Part shown: positions 54,035 through 64,000 of the stretch, piece by piece
Layout of the letters: each line of letters starts with the position of its first letter
How positions within the stretch are numbered: position 1 is the stretch's first letter
Assembly (NCBI GenBank): GCA_041739415.1
Contig: JBGSNU010000035.1
Coordinates: 27,031 to 91,030 of the forward strand
DNA: 64,000 nt
Direction of reading: 5' to 3'
From: Bdellovibrionales bacterium
Lineage (GTDB): Bacteria; Bdellovibrionota; Bdellovibrionia; Bdellovibrionales; UBA1609
The notes under the pieces: generated by a model
Seen by the model: only the letters and a program-made list of their open reading frames with translations
What the model was told of the DNA's origin: nothing
Databases searched by the model: none
Made by a program: the position numbers and the translations under genes

Positions 54035-54409
54035 ATGTCTTTAGATAAAAACCAAGTGATTGATTTCTTGTCCAATATGCCCGTAATCGAGCTCGCCAAC
54101 ATGATCAAAGATCTCGAAGAGAAGTGGGGCGTTAGCGCTGCTGCTCCTGTTGCAATGGCTGCCGGTCCCGGCGCAGCTGCTGCTCCTGTTGAAGAAAAAA
54201 CAGCCTTTGACGTTATTTTGACTGATGGCGGAGCGAACAAAATCAACGTGATCAAAGAAGTTCGAGCTTTGACTGGCTTAGGCTTGAAAGAAGCTAAAGA
54301 TCTCGTTGAAGGTGCTCCAAAAGCTGTAAAAGAGGGCGTTTCAAAAGATGAAGCTGCCAAAATGAAAGATGTTTTGACTAAAGCTGGTGCAAAGGTCGAC
54401 GTTAAGTAG
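54035..54409 (+). CDS. rplL: 50S ribosomal protein L7/L12
   Basis: 124 aa. Ala-rich hinge [21 protein letters not shown]-terminal domain [28 protein letters not shown]. Confidence 0.98.
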   Translation: MSLDKNQVIDFLSNMPVIELANMIKDLEEKWGVSAAAPVAMAAGPGAAAAPVEEKTAFDVILTDGGANKINVIKEVRALTGLGLKEAKDLVEGAPKAVKEGVSKDEAAKMKDVLTKAGAKVDVK

Positions 54410-54440
54410 TTCGGCGAGCGGATAAGAATCTTGAATATAG

Positions 54441-54472
54441 AGAGGCCTTCCATCGAGTCGGCCTCTTGTTTA
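54441..54472 (+). terminator. Hairpin attenuator/partial terminator between rplL and rpoB
   Basis: AGAGGCC (54441-54447) / GGCCTCT (54460-54466) followed by TGTTTA. The position matches the well-known rplL-rpoB attenuator. Confidence 0.55.
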
Positions 54473-54620
54473 GGGTAGAGCTCTTTTAACCTCTGCCAAA
54501 AATTTTCCGAGGGGTAACTCTCGTAATCAGAGATGGGAAGTTATTTTCCCAATTAAAATAAAAATATCTCGCCAAGCACCAGTTTTTTGGTCGCTTGAGG
54601 TGATACTTTAAGGAGCTGTA

Positions 54621-57600
54621 ATGAATTTGATTCCAGTGACTGCATCCAATCTGCGGATGCGTAGAAGTTTTGCCAAAACCCGCCATCTCATCGACATCCC
54701 CAACTTAATTGAACTGCAAAAGAAATCTTATGAGGCCTTTTTGCAGAGAGACGTAGATCCCGACCGTCGTGGTGATCTGGGATTGCAGGGTGTATTTAAG
54801 TCCGTGTTTCCAATTTCTGACTTTAACAACACGGCAAGCCTAGAGTTTGTGAGTTTCACGTTAGAGCCAGCCAAGTACGACGTAGACGAGTGTCGTCAGC
54901 GAGGCATGACTTTCGCGGCACCTATCAAGGTCACACTTCGATTGATAGTTTTTGATGTCGATGAAGAAACGGAAGCTCGGTCCATTCGCGACGTAAAAGA
55001 GCAAGAAGTGTATCTCGGTGAAATTCCGCTCATGACGTACAATGGGTCGTTTATCATCAACGGCACTGAACGAGTTGTCGTCAGTCAGTTGCACCGGTCT
55101 CCCGGTGTGTTCTTCGACCATGACAGTGGCAAGAACAACGCCAGCGGCAAATTGATCTACTCAGCTCGAGTGATTCCTTACCGCGGCTCCTGGTTAGACT
55201 TTGAATTCGACCAAAAAGATTTGATTTATGTGCGCATCGATCGTCGACGTAAGTTTCCAGTTACAATTTTGCTTAAGGCTCTTGGCTACACCACTGAGCA
55301 GCTACTTGAGCAGTTCTACCACCTCGATTTTGTAAGCATCAAAAAGGATGGCAAAATCTTCCGCTCGATTGATATCGAGCGGATGGCAGGACAACGAGCG
55401 CTCTCTGACATCGTCGATCCAAAATCGGGTGAAGCGATCGTCAAGGCCGGCCGTCGTATCACTCGCGCGGCTGTGAAGCGTGTTAAGGCACTCAATCTGA
55501 CCGAAATTGAAATTTCTCGAGATGACCTCGATGGTAAAGTGATTGCCAAGCCAGTGATTGACGAAGCCACTGGTGAGATCATTGCCGACGTGAACAGTGA
55601 GCTCAGCGCGGCTATCTTGGACAAAGCTCGTGAGGCTGGTATCCAAGAGGTCACGGTTATCTTTTTTGATGGTTTGGCGATAGGTCCTTATCTCAGAAAC
55701 ACGCTGCTCGTAGATAAAGTGAACACCAAAGAAGAATCCTTAGTAGAGATCTACAAGCGACTTCGCCCAGGTGAGCCGCCCACAGTAGAGGCTGCTACCG
55801 GATTCTTCAAACGACTCTTTTTTGATCCCGAAACCTATGACCTTTCCGAAGTTGGACGATTGAAAATCAATCATCGCTTCAGCATCCCCTTTGAAGAGAC
55901 ACCCGTTGAGCACCGCACATTGACTGAGAAAGACATTCTTTCCGTCGTAAAAACGCTGATTGACCTCAAGAATGGCCAAGGGCAGATCGATGATATCGAT
56001 CACTTGGGCAACCGACGAGTTCGTTCGGTTGGTGAATTGCTGGAGAATCAATATCGAATTGGTTTGGTGCGGATGGAGCGGGCGATTCGTGAGCGTATGA
56101 GCTTGCAAGACGTCGAAACCATGATGCCGCACGATCTGGTGAACGCTAAGCCGGTCAATGCAGTTGTAAAAGAGTTTTTTGGCTCGAGCCAGTTGTCACA
56201 ATTTATGGATCAAACCAACCCCCTTTCTGAAATTACGCATAAGCGACGTCTTTCAGCGCTGGGTCCTGGTGGTTTGACTCGTGACCGCGCGGGTTTTGAG
56301 GTGCGCGACGTGCATCCAACCCACTACGGTCGTATTTGCCCGATCGAAACTCCAGAAGGTCCAAACATCGGTTTGATTGCCTCTCTCGCGACTTTTGCTC
56401 GAATCAATCAATATGGGTTCATCGAGACGCCTTACCGTAAAGTTGAAGAAGGTGCGGTTCGAGACGACATTCTTTACTTATCGGCGCTCGAAGAAAGTGG
56501 TCATCACATCGCTCAAGCCGGCAAAGATGTTGAAGCCAACAAAATTATTCAAGACAGCATCACAGTGCGCGTGAATGGTGAATACGAGTCGATCGAGAAA
56601 GACAAAGTCTCTCTAATGGACGTGTCGCCGTCGCAGCTTGTGTCGATTGCCGCGAGTCTTATTCCGTTTCTAGAGCATGATGATGCCAACCGCGCTCTCA
56701 TGGGTTCAAACATGCAACGGCAGGCTGTGCCTCTACTCAAGTCTCGCGCTCCACTCGTTGGGACGGGTGTCGAGCGTTTGGTGGCTCGAGATTCCGGAAC
56801 TTCAGTCGTTTGCACAAATGACGGTGTCGTTGAGGAAGTAGACGCCGCTCGAGTCGTTGTTCGCCGCTTCGCAAAGGGTGGAGAGCTCGGCGCAAACGTC
56901 GATATATACAACCTGATTAAATATCAGCGCACGAATCAAAATACGTGTTTCAACCAAAAGCCGATCGTCAATGTGGGCGACCGAGTGAAGCGCGGTGATG
57001 TGATCGCAGATGGTCCATCCACTGAACTGGGTGAGCTGGCACTTGGGCAGAACATCTTGGTCGCGTTCACTCCCTGGATGGGCTACAACTTTGAGGATTC
57101 CATCTTGATCTCTGAGCGCTTACTGCGTGAGGACGTTTACACGTCTGTTCACATCGAAGAGTTTGAGTGCGTCGCCCGAGACACGAAGCTCGGCAAAGAA
57201 GAGATCAGCCGTGACATTGCAAACGTAGGTGAAGAGGCCCTCAAGGACCTCGACAATTCAGGTATTATCCGCATCGGCGCTGAAGTAAAGCCTGGCGACA
57301 TCTTGGTCGGTAAAGTCACACCAAAAGGTGAGACTCAGCTTTCACCCGAAGAAAAGCTCTTGCGGGCCATCTTCGGTGAAAAAGCCGGCGATGTTCGAGA
57401 CACTTCGCTTCGAGTGCCATCCGGCGTTTACGGAACTGTAATTGATGCGCAAGTTTACTCACGTGAGGCGTCTGACAGAGACGAGCGTTTGCAAACAATT
57501 ATCGATGCGAAACGCAAGAAGTTAGAAAAGGACTTCGGCGTTGAACAAAACGTCATCAAGAACAATGCGCTCGACAAACTCAAAGAACTACTTGTTGGCA

Positions 57601-58784
57601 AAGTGACCAATGGAGTTCTTTTGAGCGAAGACGGCTCCGATAAACTCTTGTCTAAAGGTCAAACGATCAAAGGCGAAGATCTCGAGACGATTCCTTTCGA
57701 GCTGTTGTCTTACGTTCCACTTGAGGCCGAGCTGGAGTTCCAGGTTCAGCGGCTTGTCGATGGCGCGCGCAATCAGTTGGATGCTGTGAAAATGGTATTC
57801 AACGAAAAGATCGATCGACTCACCAAAGGTGACGAGTTGCCTCCCGGCGTTATTAAAATGGTAAAGGTTTACATTGCCATCAAGCGTAAGCTTCAGGTCG
57901 GAGACAAGTTTGCCGGTCGACATGGTAACAAGGGTGTGATTTCAAAGGTATTGCCTGTCGAAGATATGCCCTATCTCGCCGATGGATCCCCAGTTGACAT
58001 GGTCCTCAATCCACTCGGCGTTCCTTCTCGAATGAACATTGGACAGATCTTAGAGGTCCATTTGGGATGGGCCGCTCGCAGTCTCGGCCAGCAACTTGAG
58101 AAGTACATCGAAGATTTTAAAGCGGATGCAGCTCGTAAGCAGATCGCCGAGATCTTCCAAGAAGACAAAGACATAGTGAAGGCCATTGAAACAGCCGACG
58201 AAGAGTCGCTTCTACGAGTGATCCGCCGAATGAAGGACGGAGTTCACGTCGCGACACCTGTCTTTGACGGTGCGAAAGAAAAAGACGTGAAGGAACTTCT
58301 CAAACGGGCAGGTTTGCCACTTTCAGGTCAAACCGTGCTGTTTGACGGCCGCAGTGGTGAGCCCTTCCAAACGCCAGTGACCGTGGGCATAATGTACATG
58401 CTCAAACTGCATCACTTGGTGGAAGAGAAGATTCACGCTCGTTCGATCGGTCCTTACTCACTTGTGTCGCAGCAGCCTCTGGGTGGTAAAGCTCAATTTG
58501 GTGGCCAGCGATTGGGAGAGATGGAAGTTTGGGCGATCGAGGCTTACGGCGCTGCTTACTCCTTGCAGGAATTCCTCACGGTGAAGTCGGATGACGTCGC
58601 TGGTCGAACTCGCATGTATGAGAGCATCGTGAAAGGCGAGAACGTCCTCGAGCCCGGATTGCCCGAATCATTCAATGTTTTGGTCAAAGAGCTGCAAAGC
58701 TTGGCGATGAACGTTCAATTGATGGAATCCGATATTTTAACTGAGCCCGCCCACAACCACGTGGACGAGCAACAGCCTTCGTAA
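54621..58784 (+). CDS. rpoB: DNA-directed RNA polymerase subunit beta
   Basis: 1387 aa. AAGGAG SD. Conserved blocks include [75 protein letters not shown] and [12 protein letters not shown]. Confidence 0.99.
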   Translation: MNLIPVTASNLRMRRSFAKTRHLIDIPNLIELQKKSYEAFLQRDVDPDRRGDLGLQGVFKSVFPISDFNNTASLEFVSFTLEPAKYDVDECRQRGMTFAAPIKVTLRLIVFDVDEETEARSIRDVKEQEVYLGEIPLMTYNGSFIINGTERVVVSQLHRSPGVFFDHDSGKNNASGKLIYSARVIPYRGSWLDFEFDQKDLIYVRIDRRRKFPVTILLKALGYTTEQLLEQFYHLDFVSIKKDGKIFRSIDIERMAGQRALSDIVDPKSGEAIVKAGRRITRAAVKRVKALNLTEIEISRDDLDGKVIAKPVIDEATGEIIADVNSELSAAILDKAREAGIQEVTVIFFDGLAIGPYLRNTLLVDKVNTKEESLVEIYKRLRPGEPPTVEAATGFFKRLFFDPETYDLSEVGRLKINHRFSIPFEETPVEHRTLTEKDILSVVKTLIDLKNGQGQIDDIDHLGNRRVRSVGELLENQYRIGLVRMERAIRERMSLQDVETMMPHDLVNAKPVNAVVKEFFGSSQLSQFMDQTNPLSEITHKRRLSALGPGGLTRDRAGFEVRDVHPTHYGRICPIETPEGPNIGLIASLATFARINQYGFIETPYRKVEEGAVRDDILYLSALEESGHHIAQAGKDVEANKIIQDSITVRVNGEYESIEKDKVSLMDVSPSQLVSIAASLIPFLEHDDANRALMGSNMQRQAVPLLKSRAPLVGTGVERLVARDSGTSVVCTNDGVVEEVDAARVVVRRFAKGGELGANVDIYNLIKYQRTNQNTCFNQKPIVNVGDRVKRGDVIADGPSTELGELALGQNILVAFTPWMGYNFEDSILISERLLREDVYTSVHIEEFECVARDTKLGKEEISRDIANVGEEALKDLDNSGIIRIGAEVKPGDILVGKVTPKGETQLSPEEKLLRAIFGEKAGDVRDTSLRVPSGVYGTVIDAQVYSREASDRDERLQTIIDAKRKKLEKDFGVEQNVIKNNALDKLKELLVGKVTNGVLLSEDGSDKLLSKGQTIKGEDLETIPFELLSYVPLEAELEFQVQRLVDGARNQLDAVKMVFNEKIDRLTKGDELPPGVIKMVKVYIAIKRKLQVGDKFAGRHGNKGVISKVLPVEDMPYLADGSPVDMVLNPLGVPSRMNIGQILEVHLGWAARSLGQQLEKYIEDFKADAARKQIAEIFQEDKDIVKAIETADEESLLRVIRRMKDGVHVATPVFDGAKEKDVKELLKRAGLPLSGQTVLFDGRSGEPFQTPVTVGIMYMLKLHHLVEEKIHARSIGPYSLVSQQPLGGKAQFGGQRLGEMEVWAIEAYGAAYSLQEFLTVKSDDVAGRTRMYESIVKGENVLEPGLPESFNVLVKELQSLAMNVQLMESDILTEPAHNHVDEQQPS

Positions 58785-58799
58785 AGTGAGAGGTGACAT

Positions 58800-61700
58800 T
58801 TGAAAGATTTATTGAACTTTTTTGACAAGCCCAAAGATCCGCTTTCTTTTGATGCAGTCCGGATTTCTCTAGCCTCGCCCGAAATGATCCGCGATTGGTC
58901 ATTCGGTGAAGTGAAGAAGCCAGAAACTATCAACTACCGCACGTTCAAGCCCGAGCGAGATGGCTTGTTTTGTGCCAAGATTTTCGGTCCGATCAAGGAC
59001 TACGAATGTCTTTGCGGCAAATACAAGCGCATGAAGTATCGTGGAGTGATTTGCGAAAAGTGTGGAGTCGAAGTTACGCAGACGAAAGTGCGTCGTGAGC
59101 GGTTAGGTCATATCGAATTGGCCACGCCCGTAGCCCACATTTGGTTTTTGCGCTCGCTCCCGAGCCGCATTGGAAACCTGCTAGACATGTCCCTTAAGGA
59201 CGTCGAGCGAGTTCTCTATTGTGAAGCATACATCGTGACTGATCCCATGGACACAACTCTAACTGAAGGACAAATTCTGCCCGAAGAAGCATTTCAAAAT
59301 GCCTTGGCGGAGTTCGGTCCCAACTTCAAAGCGGCAATGGGTGGCGATGCCGTCCGCGATATCCTCCGCAAAGTTGACCCTGAATTTTTGTCGAGAAAAC
59401 TCCGACTCGATCTCAAAGAGACCAAGTCAGAGGCTCAGATCAAGAAGCTCACTAAGCGCTTGAAAGTGGTTGAGGCATTTAAGAACTCAATCAACAAACC
59501 TGAGTGGATGATGCTCGAAGTTGTTCCTGTGATTCCGCCAGATCTACGACCTTTAGTGCCCTTGGATGGTGGTCGATTCGCGACTTCAGACTTGAACGAT
59601 CTGTATCGCCGAGTCATCAACCGAAACAACCGATTGAAACGTCTGCAAGAGCTCAATGCGCCGGACATTATCATCCGCAACGAAAAGCGTATGTTGCAAG
59701 AAGCGGTCGATGCTCTGTTAGACAACGGTCGTCGCGGCAAGACCTTCACAGGACCCAACAAGCGCCCACTTCGATCACTGCGCGATATGCTCAAAGGTAA
59801 GCAGGGTCGATTCAGACAAAATTTGCTCGGTAAACGAGTCGACTACTCTGGCCGTTCCGTAATCGTGGTTGGTCCAAACCTAAAGCTACACCAGTGTGGT
59901 TTGCCGAAGAAGATGGCACTCGAGCTTTTCAAGCCATTCGTCTACAACAAGCTCGAAGAAAAAGGCTTTGCCACCACAATCAAGCAAGCCAAAAAGTTGG
60001 TGGAAACAGAGAGCGTCGAAGTTTGGGATATCCTTTCTGACGTTGTGAAAGAGCATCCCGTCCTGTTGAACCGTGCACCGACTCTGCATCGCCTCGGAAT
60101 TCAAGCATTTGAACCGTTACTGCACGAGGGAAAGGCGATTCAGCTTCACCCCCTCGTTTGTACGGCTTTCAACGCCGATTTTGACGGAGATCAGATGGCC
60201 GTTCACGTGCCGCTATCCATCGAGGCCCAGGTCGAAGCTCGCGTTCTCATGATGTCTACAAACAATATTCTCAGCCCAGCGAACGGCAAGCCTGTCATCA
60301 ATCCCACTCAGGATATCGTTCTCGGGATTTATTGGATGACTCGTGTGCGTCCAGGTGCGAAAGGAACGGGCCGTGTTTTTGGCTCCGTCCTTGAGGTCCT
60401 TTATGCATATGAAAACGGCAATGTCGATCTGCAGGCTACGATCAGATGCCGTATCAACGGAAAGTTAGAGTCCACCAGCGTTGGGCGCGCGATTCTGAGC
60501 GATATCGTCCCGAGCGAGGTGCCATTCGAGTCTGTGAACCGAGTGATGAACAAGAAAACTCTGGCTGAACTGATCGACAAAACCTTCCGTTTAGCTGGAG
60601 CGAAAGCCACAGTCATTTTAGCAGATAAGTTGATGGAGCTCGGATTTAAATACTCCACCCAGGGCGGTATTTCGATCTGCGTGGATGACTTAGTTATTCC
60701 CCAACAAAAAGTTCCGTTGCTTCAAGCCGCCAACAGTCAGATCAAAGAGATCCGCAATCAGTACGACGAAGGTTTGATCACAGACGGTGAGCGCTACAAC
60801 AAGGTCGTGGATATCTGGGCTCAATGCGCCGACAAAGTCGCAAAAGAGATGATGAGTCAGCTCGAGAAGCAGACCTTCACAGTGAACGGTGAGCGTGTTG
60901 AGAGCGCTAGCTTCAACCCCATATTCATCATGGCAGATTCTGGAGCCCGAGGTTCTGCGGCTCAGATTCGTCAGCTGGCTGGAATGCGAGGATTGATGGC
61001 CAAGCCTTCAGGTGAGATCATCGAGACACCGATCACGGCGAACTTCCGCGAAGGTCTTTCAGTTTTGGAATACTTTATTTCCACTCACGGAGCTCGAAAG
61101 GGATTGGCCGACACCGCACTAAAAACGGCTAACTCTGGATACTTAACTCGCCGATTGGTAGACGTGGCTCAGGATATTGTCATCACTGAGATGGACTGTG
61201 GCACGAGCGTCGGCATGGAAATCCGGCCCCTTCTCGAAGGTGGCGAGATTATTCAACCCCTGGGCGATCGAATCTTGGGCCGTACGGCTCTTGAGGACGT
61301 GATTGACCCCGTTTCCAACGAAGTGGTTTGTCGAAGCAATGAGGAGATCACCGAGCGCATAGTTCGTCGAGTTGAAGAGGGCGGCGTCGATATGGTTAAA
61401 ATCCGTTCGACTCTGACTTGCAAAACTCGCCGAGGCGTCTGCGTCAAGTGTTACGGCCGTGATCTCGCCCGCGGTAACACGGTCAATATGGGTGAAGCTG
61501 TTGGTATTATTGCGGCTCAGTCCATCGGTGAGCCCGGCACCCAGCTGACCATGCGAACGTTCCACTTAGGTGGAGCCGCGTCTCGTGCAGTTGAACAGTC
61601 TGTTCACACCGCTCGTTATGATGGTCATATCAAATTTGCTGGCGTTCAGCTGGTCGCCAATCGTAGCGGCAAACTCACTGTTATGAACCGAAACGGCGAT

Positions 61701-62930
61701 ATGATGATCATCGATGCTTCAGGGCGCGAGCGCGATCGTATGAAGGTCGTTTATGGGTCTATCCTAAAATACAAAGAAGGTGATGAAGTCAAAAAAGGCG
61801 ATGTATTGGCCGAGTGGGATCCCTACTCCAATCCAATCGTGGCCGACCTCACGGGTGTGATTCAGTTCCAAGACATCGAAGAAGGTGTGACTATGACCGA
61901 ACAGGTCGATTCCGTAACTGGTTTCGCCACGAAGGTCATCACCGAGAGCAAAGGTGCGGACAATAAGCCCACGGTGTTGATCACTGATGGCAATGGCAAG
62001 GTCTTAGACCTGCCTAACCGCTCTGTTCCTTGTCGATATGTCATCCCAGTTGGTGCGCAGCTCTTGATCAGTGACGGTCAAGAGGTCCATGCGGGGGACG
62101 TGGTAGCGAAGATTCACCGAGAAACTTCAAAGACTCGCGATATCACTGGTGGTTTGCCTCGCGTAGCCGAGCTTTTTGAAGCTCGGAAGCCAAAAGAGGC
62201 CGCCATTATTTCCGAGATCGATGGCTATGTGACGTTTGGTAAAGACGTTAAAGGTAAGCAGCGTGTGATTGTAACCCCAGAAGTGGGTGAACAGCGCGAA
62301 TACCTGATTCCAAAAGGGAAGCATGTGGCGGTTCGAGAGGGCGAATTCGTTCGCGCTGGTGAAGCTCTTATGGATGGTCCAAGCAATCCCCATGATATCC
62401 TTCGCGTTCTTGGCGATCGGGCGCTTTCTTCGTACCTGGTCAACGAGATTCAAGAAGTTTACCGACTTCAGGGTGTGGGAATTAACGATAAGCACATCGA
62501 AGTTATCGTTCGCAATATGCTCCGTAAGGTCGAGATCGAAGACCCAGGTGACACTCGGTTTTTGGCAGGTGAGCAAACTGAGAAGTTTGATCTTATTGAC
62601 GAAAATGACCGCGTGGTCAAAGAGGGCGGCCGTCCGGCGACGTTCGAGCCTCTCCTCCTTGGTATCACTAAGGTTTCGCTTAGTACCGACAGCTGGATTT
62701 CAGCGGCCTCCTTCCAAGAGACCACAAAGGTTCTTACGGAAGCTGCTGTTAACTCCAAAACCGACGGACTTCGCGGCCTGAAGGAGAATATTATCATGGG
62801 ACGTCTGGTGCCTGCCGGTACCGGTCTCGGTGCATACAAGCGTTGGAAGGTCATTGTTGAGGATGAAGTTGTACCAGCTTCGTCCTTCCTCCCAGGTCCA
62901 ACTAGCGCTTCAGGATATCCGCTCAACTAA
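58800..62930 (+). CDS. rpoC: DNA-directed RNA polymerase subunit beta'
   Basis: 1376 aa. TTG start with GAGGTG upstream. Zinc-binding [23 protein letters not shown], catalytic [12 protein letters not shown], trigger-loop/bridge-helix regions. Confidence 0.99.
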   Translation: MKDLLNFFDKPKDPLSFDAVRISLASPEMIRDWSFGEVKKPETINYRTFKPERDGLFCAKIFGPIKDYECLCGKYKRMKYRGVICEKCGVEVTQTKVRRERLGHIELATPVAHIWFLRSLPSRIGNLLDMSLKDVERVLYCEAYIVTDPMDTTLTEGQILPEEAFQNALAEFGPNFKAAMGGDAVRDILRKVDPEFLSRKLRLDLKETKSEAQIKKLTKRLKVVEAFKNSINKPEWMMLEVVPVIPPDLRPLVPLDGGRFATSDLNDLYRRVINRNNRLKRLQELNAPDIIIRNEKRMLQEAVDALLDNGRRGKTFTGPNKRPLRSLRDMLKGKQGRFRQNLLGKRVDYSGRSVIVVGPNLKLHQCGLPKKMALELFKPFVYNKLEEKGFATTIKQAKKLVETESVEVWDILSDVVKEHPVLLNRAPTLHRLGIQAFEPLLHEGKAIQLHPLVCTAFNADFDGDQMAVHVPLSIEAQVEARVLMMSTNNILSPANGKPVINPTQDIVLGIYWMTRVRPGAKGTGRVFGSVLEVLYAYENGNVDLQATIRCRINGKLESTSVGRAILSDIVPSEVPFESVNRVMNKKTLAELIDKTFRLAGAKATVILADKLMELGFKYSTQGGISICVDDLVIPQQKVPLLQAANSQIKEIRNQYDEGLITDGERYNKVVDIWAQCADKVAKEMMSQLEKQTFTVNGERVESASFNPIFIMADSGARGSAAQIRQLAGMRGLMAKPSGEIIETPITANFREGLSVLEYFISTHGARKGLADTALKTANSGYLTRRLVDVAQDIVITEMDCGTSVGMEIRPLLEGGEIIQPLGDRILGRTALEDVIDPVSNEVVCRSNEEITERIVRRVEEGGVDMVKIRSTLTCKTRRGVCVKCYGRDLARGNTVNMGEAVGIIAAQSIGEPGTQLTMRTFHLGGAASRAVEQSVHTARYDGHIKFAGVQLVANRSGKLTVMNRNGDMMIIDASGRERDRMKVVYGSILKYKEGDEVKKGDVLAEWDPYSNPIVADLTGVIQFQDIEEGVTMTEQVDSVTGFATKVITESKGADNKPTVLITDGNGKVLDLPNRSVPCRYVIPVGAQLLISDGQEVHAGDVVAKIHRETSKTRDITGGLPRVAELFEARKPKEAAIISEIDGYVTFGKDVKGKQRVIVTPEVGEQREYLIPKGKHVAVREGEFVRAGEALMDGPSNPHDILRVLGDRALSSYLVNEIQEVYRLQGVGINDKHIEVIVRNMLRKVEIEDPGDTRFLAGEQTEKFDLIDENDRVVKEGGRPATFEPLLLGITKVSLSTDSWISAASFQETTKVLTEAAVNSKTDGLRGLKENIIMGRLVPAGTGLGAYKRWKVIVEDEVVPASSFLPGPTSASGYPLN

Positions 62931-62937
62931 GGTAGCT

Positions 62938-62978
62938 CAGTCGGCCCCTAGTGGGTCGGCTGTTTGTAAAGTTTTTTA
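62938..62978 (+). terminator. Rho-independent terminator after rpoC
   Basis: CAGTCGGCC (62938-62946) / GGTCGGCTG (62954-62962): a 9-bp stem including two G:U pairs, followed by TTTGTAAAGTTTTTT. Confidence 0.5.
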
Positions 62979-63145
62979 GAAGTGTATTACACGCCAGAAA
63001 AGGAGACCTCCAGTTCCCGGATCGAACAATACGAGAGATGTGAAATCCTAAGACAAGCGATTTTACTGAACTTTAAGTTGACGAAGACGGGCAGTGGTCG
63101 GTAATTTCTGGCGTTCAATTTCGAATGGAAGAGTGAAAGGGTGCT

Positions 63146-63520
63146 ATGCCAACAATTAACCAGTTGATCCGCAGACAGCGTCAGGCGTCGAAAGACAAGA
63201 CAAAATCGCCGGCGTTGACGTCCTGCCCGCAGCGTCGCGGTGTTTGCACTCGCGTTTACACCACAACGCCAAAGAAGCCTAACTCTGCGCTACGTAAGGT
63301 GGCCAAGGTTCGGTTGTCTAACGGGTTTGAAGTGATTTCCTATATCCCCGGTATCGGCCACAACTTACAAGAGCACAGTGTTGTTTTGATTCGTGGGGGT
63401 CGAGTAAAAGATCTTCCCGGTGTTCGATACCACATTGTACGTGGTGTTTTGGATACTCAAGGTGTTGCCAATCGATTCAGCAGCCGTTCTAAGTACGGTG
63501 CAAAACGTCCGAAGAAATAA
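63146..63520 (+). CDS. rpsL: 30S ribosomal protein S12
   Basis: 124 aa. MPTINQLIR...[53 protein letters not shown]. Confidence 0.99.
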   Translation: MPTINQLIRRQRQASKDKTKSPALTSCPQRRGVCTRVYTTTPKKPNSALRKVAKVRLSNGFEVISYIPGIGHNLQEHSVVLIRGGRVKDLPGVRYHIVRGVLDTQGVANRFSSRSKYGAKRPKK

Positions 63521-63534
63521 AGGAATAAAGATCT

Positions 63535-64000
63535 ATGTCTCGTCGTAAATCGATTCAAAAGCGCGAAATCTTACCCGACCCCATCTACAACGATGTGGTT
63601 GTCGCTAAATTCGTTAATAAAATGATGTGGCAAGGTAAAAAGTCACTCTCACAAAAGGCTCTTTACTCAGCGCTAGATGAGCTTCGTGCAAAAGTTTCTG
63701 GTGAGGAGCCCTTGACCGTATTCAAAAAGGCTCTTGAAAATTGCAAACCCAATTTGGAAGTCCGCTCACGCCGAGTGGGTGGTGCGACTTATCAAGTTCC
63801 CGTTGATGTGCGTCCAACTCGTCGTTTAGCTTTGGCGATGACTTGGCTTATTGACTACTCCCGCGAGCGCGGAGAAAAGTCGATGGCTAGCCGATTGGCC
63901 GGCGAACTCGCCGATGCCTACAACAACCGTGGCAATGCGATTAAAAAGAAAGAAGATGTTCACCGTATGGCTGAGGCGAATCGCGCTTTCTCTCAGTACA
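63535..64000 (+). CDS. rpsG: 30S ribosomal protein S7 (3' end cut by the window edge, nearly complete)
   Basis: ATG 63535. [37 protein letters not shown]...[16 protein letters not shown]. The frame is still open at nt 64000. Confidence 0.97.
   Translation, partial: MSRRKSIQKREILPDPIYNDVVVAKFVNKMMWQGKKSLSQKALYSALDELRAKVSGEEPLTVFKKALENCKPNLEVRSRRVGGATYQVPVDVRPTRRLALAMTWLIDYSRERGEKSMASRLAGELADAYNNRGNAIKKKEDVHRMAEANRAFSQY

Noticed and set aside
1-64000. Scan for CRISPR arrays, IS elements/transposases, integrases with att-like repeats at the tRNA cluster, prophage genes, toxin-antitoxin pairs and rRNA
   Set aside because: No regularly spaced direct repeats, no transposase/phage-like ORFs and no rRNA-like sequence were seen. 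The only recombinase is a housekeeping-type Xer protein, with no flanking repeats that I could detect by eye.

Overview
64-kb chromosomal window, roughly 50% GC by eye and densely coding: about 60 CDS and 5 tRNAs. I found no rRNA, CRISPR array, transposase/IS or prophage signature. Layout: (i) 0-11.4 kb holds envelope and export genes: a repeat protein fragment, a lipoprotein / lytic transglycosylase / PilZ operon, EcsC, two exported orphan proteins, a porin-like barrel, a heterodimeric ABC exporter and an S8 protease. (ii) 11.6-17.7 kb is a complex I cluster encoding only peripheral-arm subunits (nuoB-CD-E-F-G-I). (iii) 17.7-28.4 kb is housekeeping and envelope: NUDIX, ugd, recO, a FecR-domain protein plus a TPR/beta-barrel protein, gmhB, a Xer recombinase, a sensor-less sigma-54 activator and bcp. 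(iv) 28.4-34.3 kb is the least conserved block: a coupled lipoprotein/barrel pair, a secretin-like relic, small exported proteins, a TIGR02147-type regulator operon and a Lys/Ala-rich histone-H1-like protein. (v) 34.5-39.6 kb carries flagellin behind a 380-bp upstream region, an alpha/beta hydrolase and clpB. (vi) 39.7-48.8 kb is a tightly packed run ribE-ribBA-ribH-ntrY-ntrX-proS-pyrF-rlmB. (vii) 49.0-64.0 kb is the conserved block tRNA(Thr-Tyr-Gly-Thr)-tuf-tRNA(Trp)-secE-nusG-rplKAJL-rpoBC-rpsL-rpsG. The gene content (a TIGR02147 paralogue, many exported hydrolases, a ~278-aa flagellin) suggests a Bdellovibrio-like predatory bacterium. That is inference from recall, not a database result. 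No single obvious novel system stands out. The candidates I rank highest are an exported Cys/His candidate wall hydrolase with a tightly linked exported partner (3.7-5.2 kb), the membrane-arm-less nuo cluster, the regulator-centred three-gene operon with a perfect 16-bp palindrome upstream (31.1-33.7 kb), and the bipolar histone-like protein. All functional calls rest on motif recognition in the supplied translations; no alignments or searches were run.
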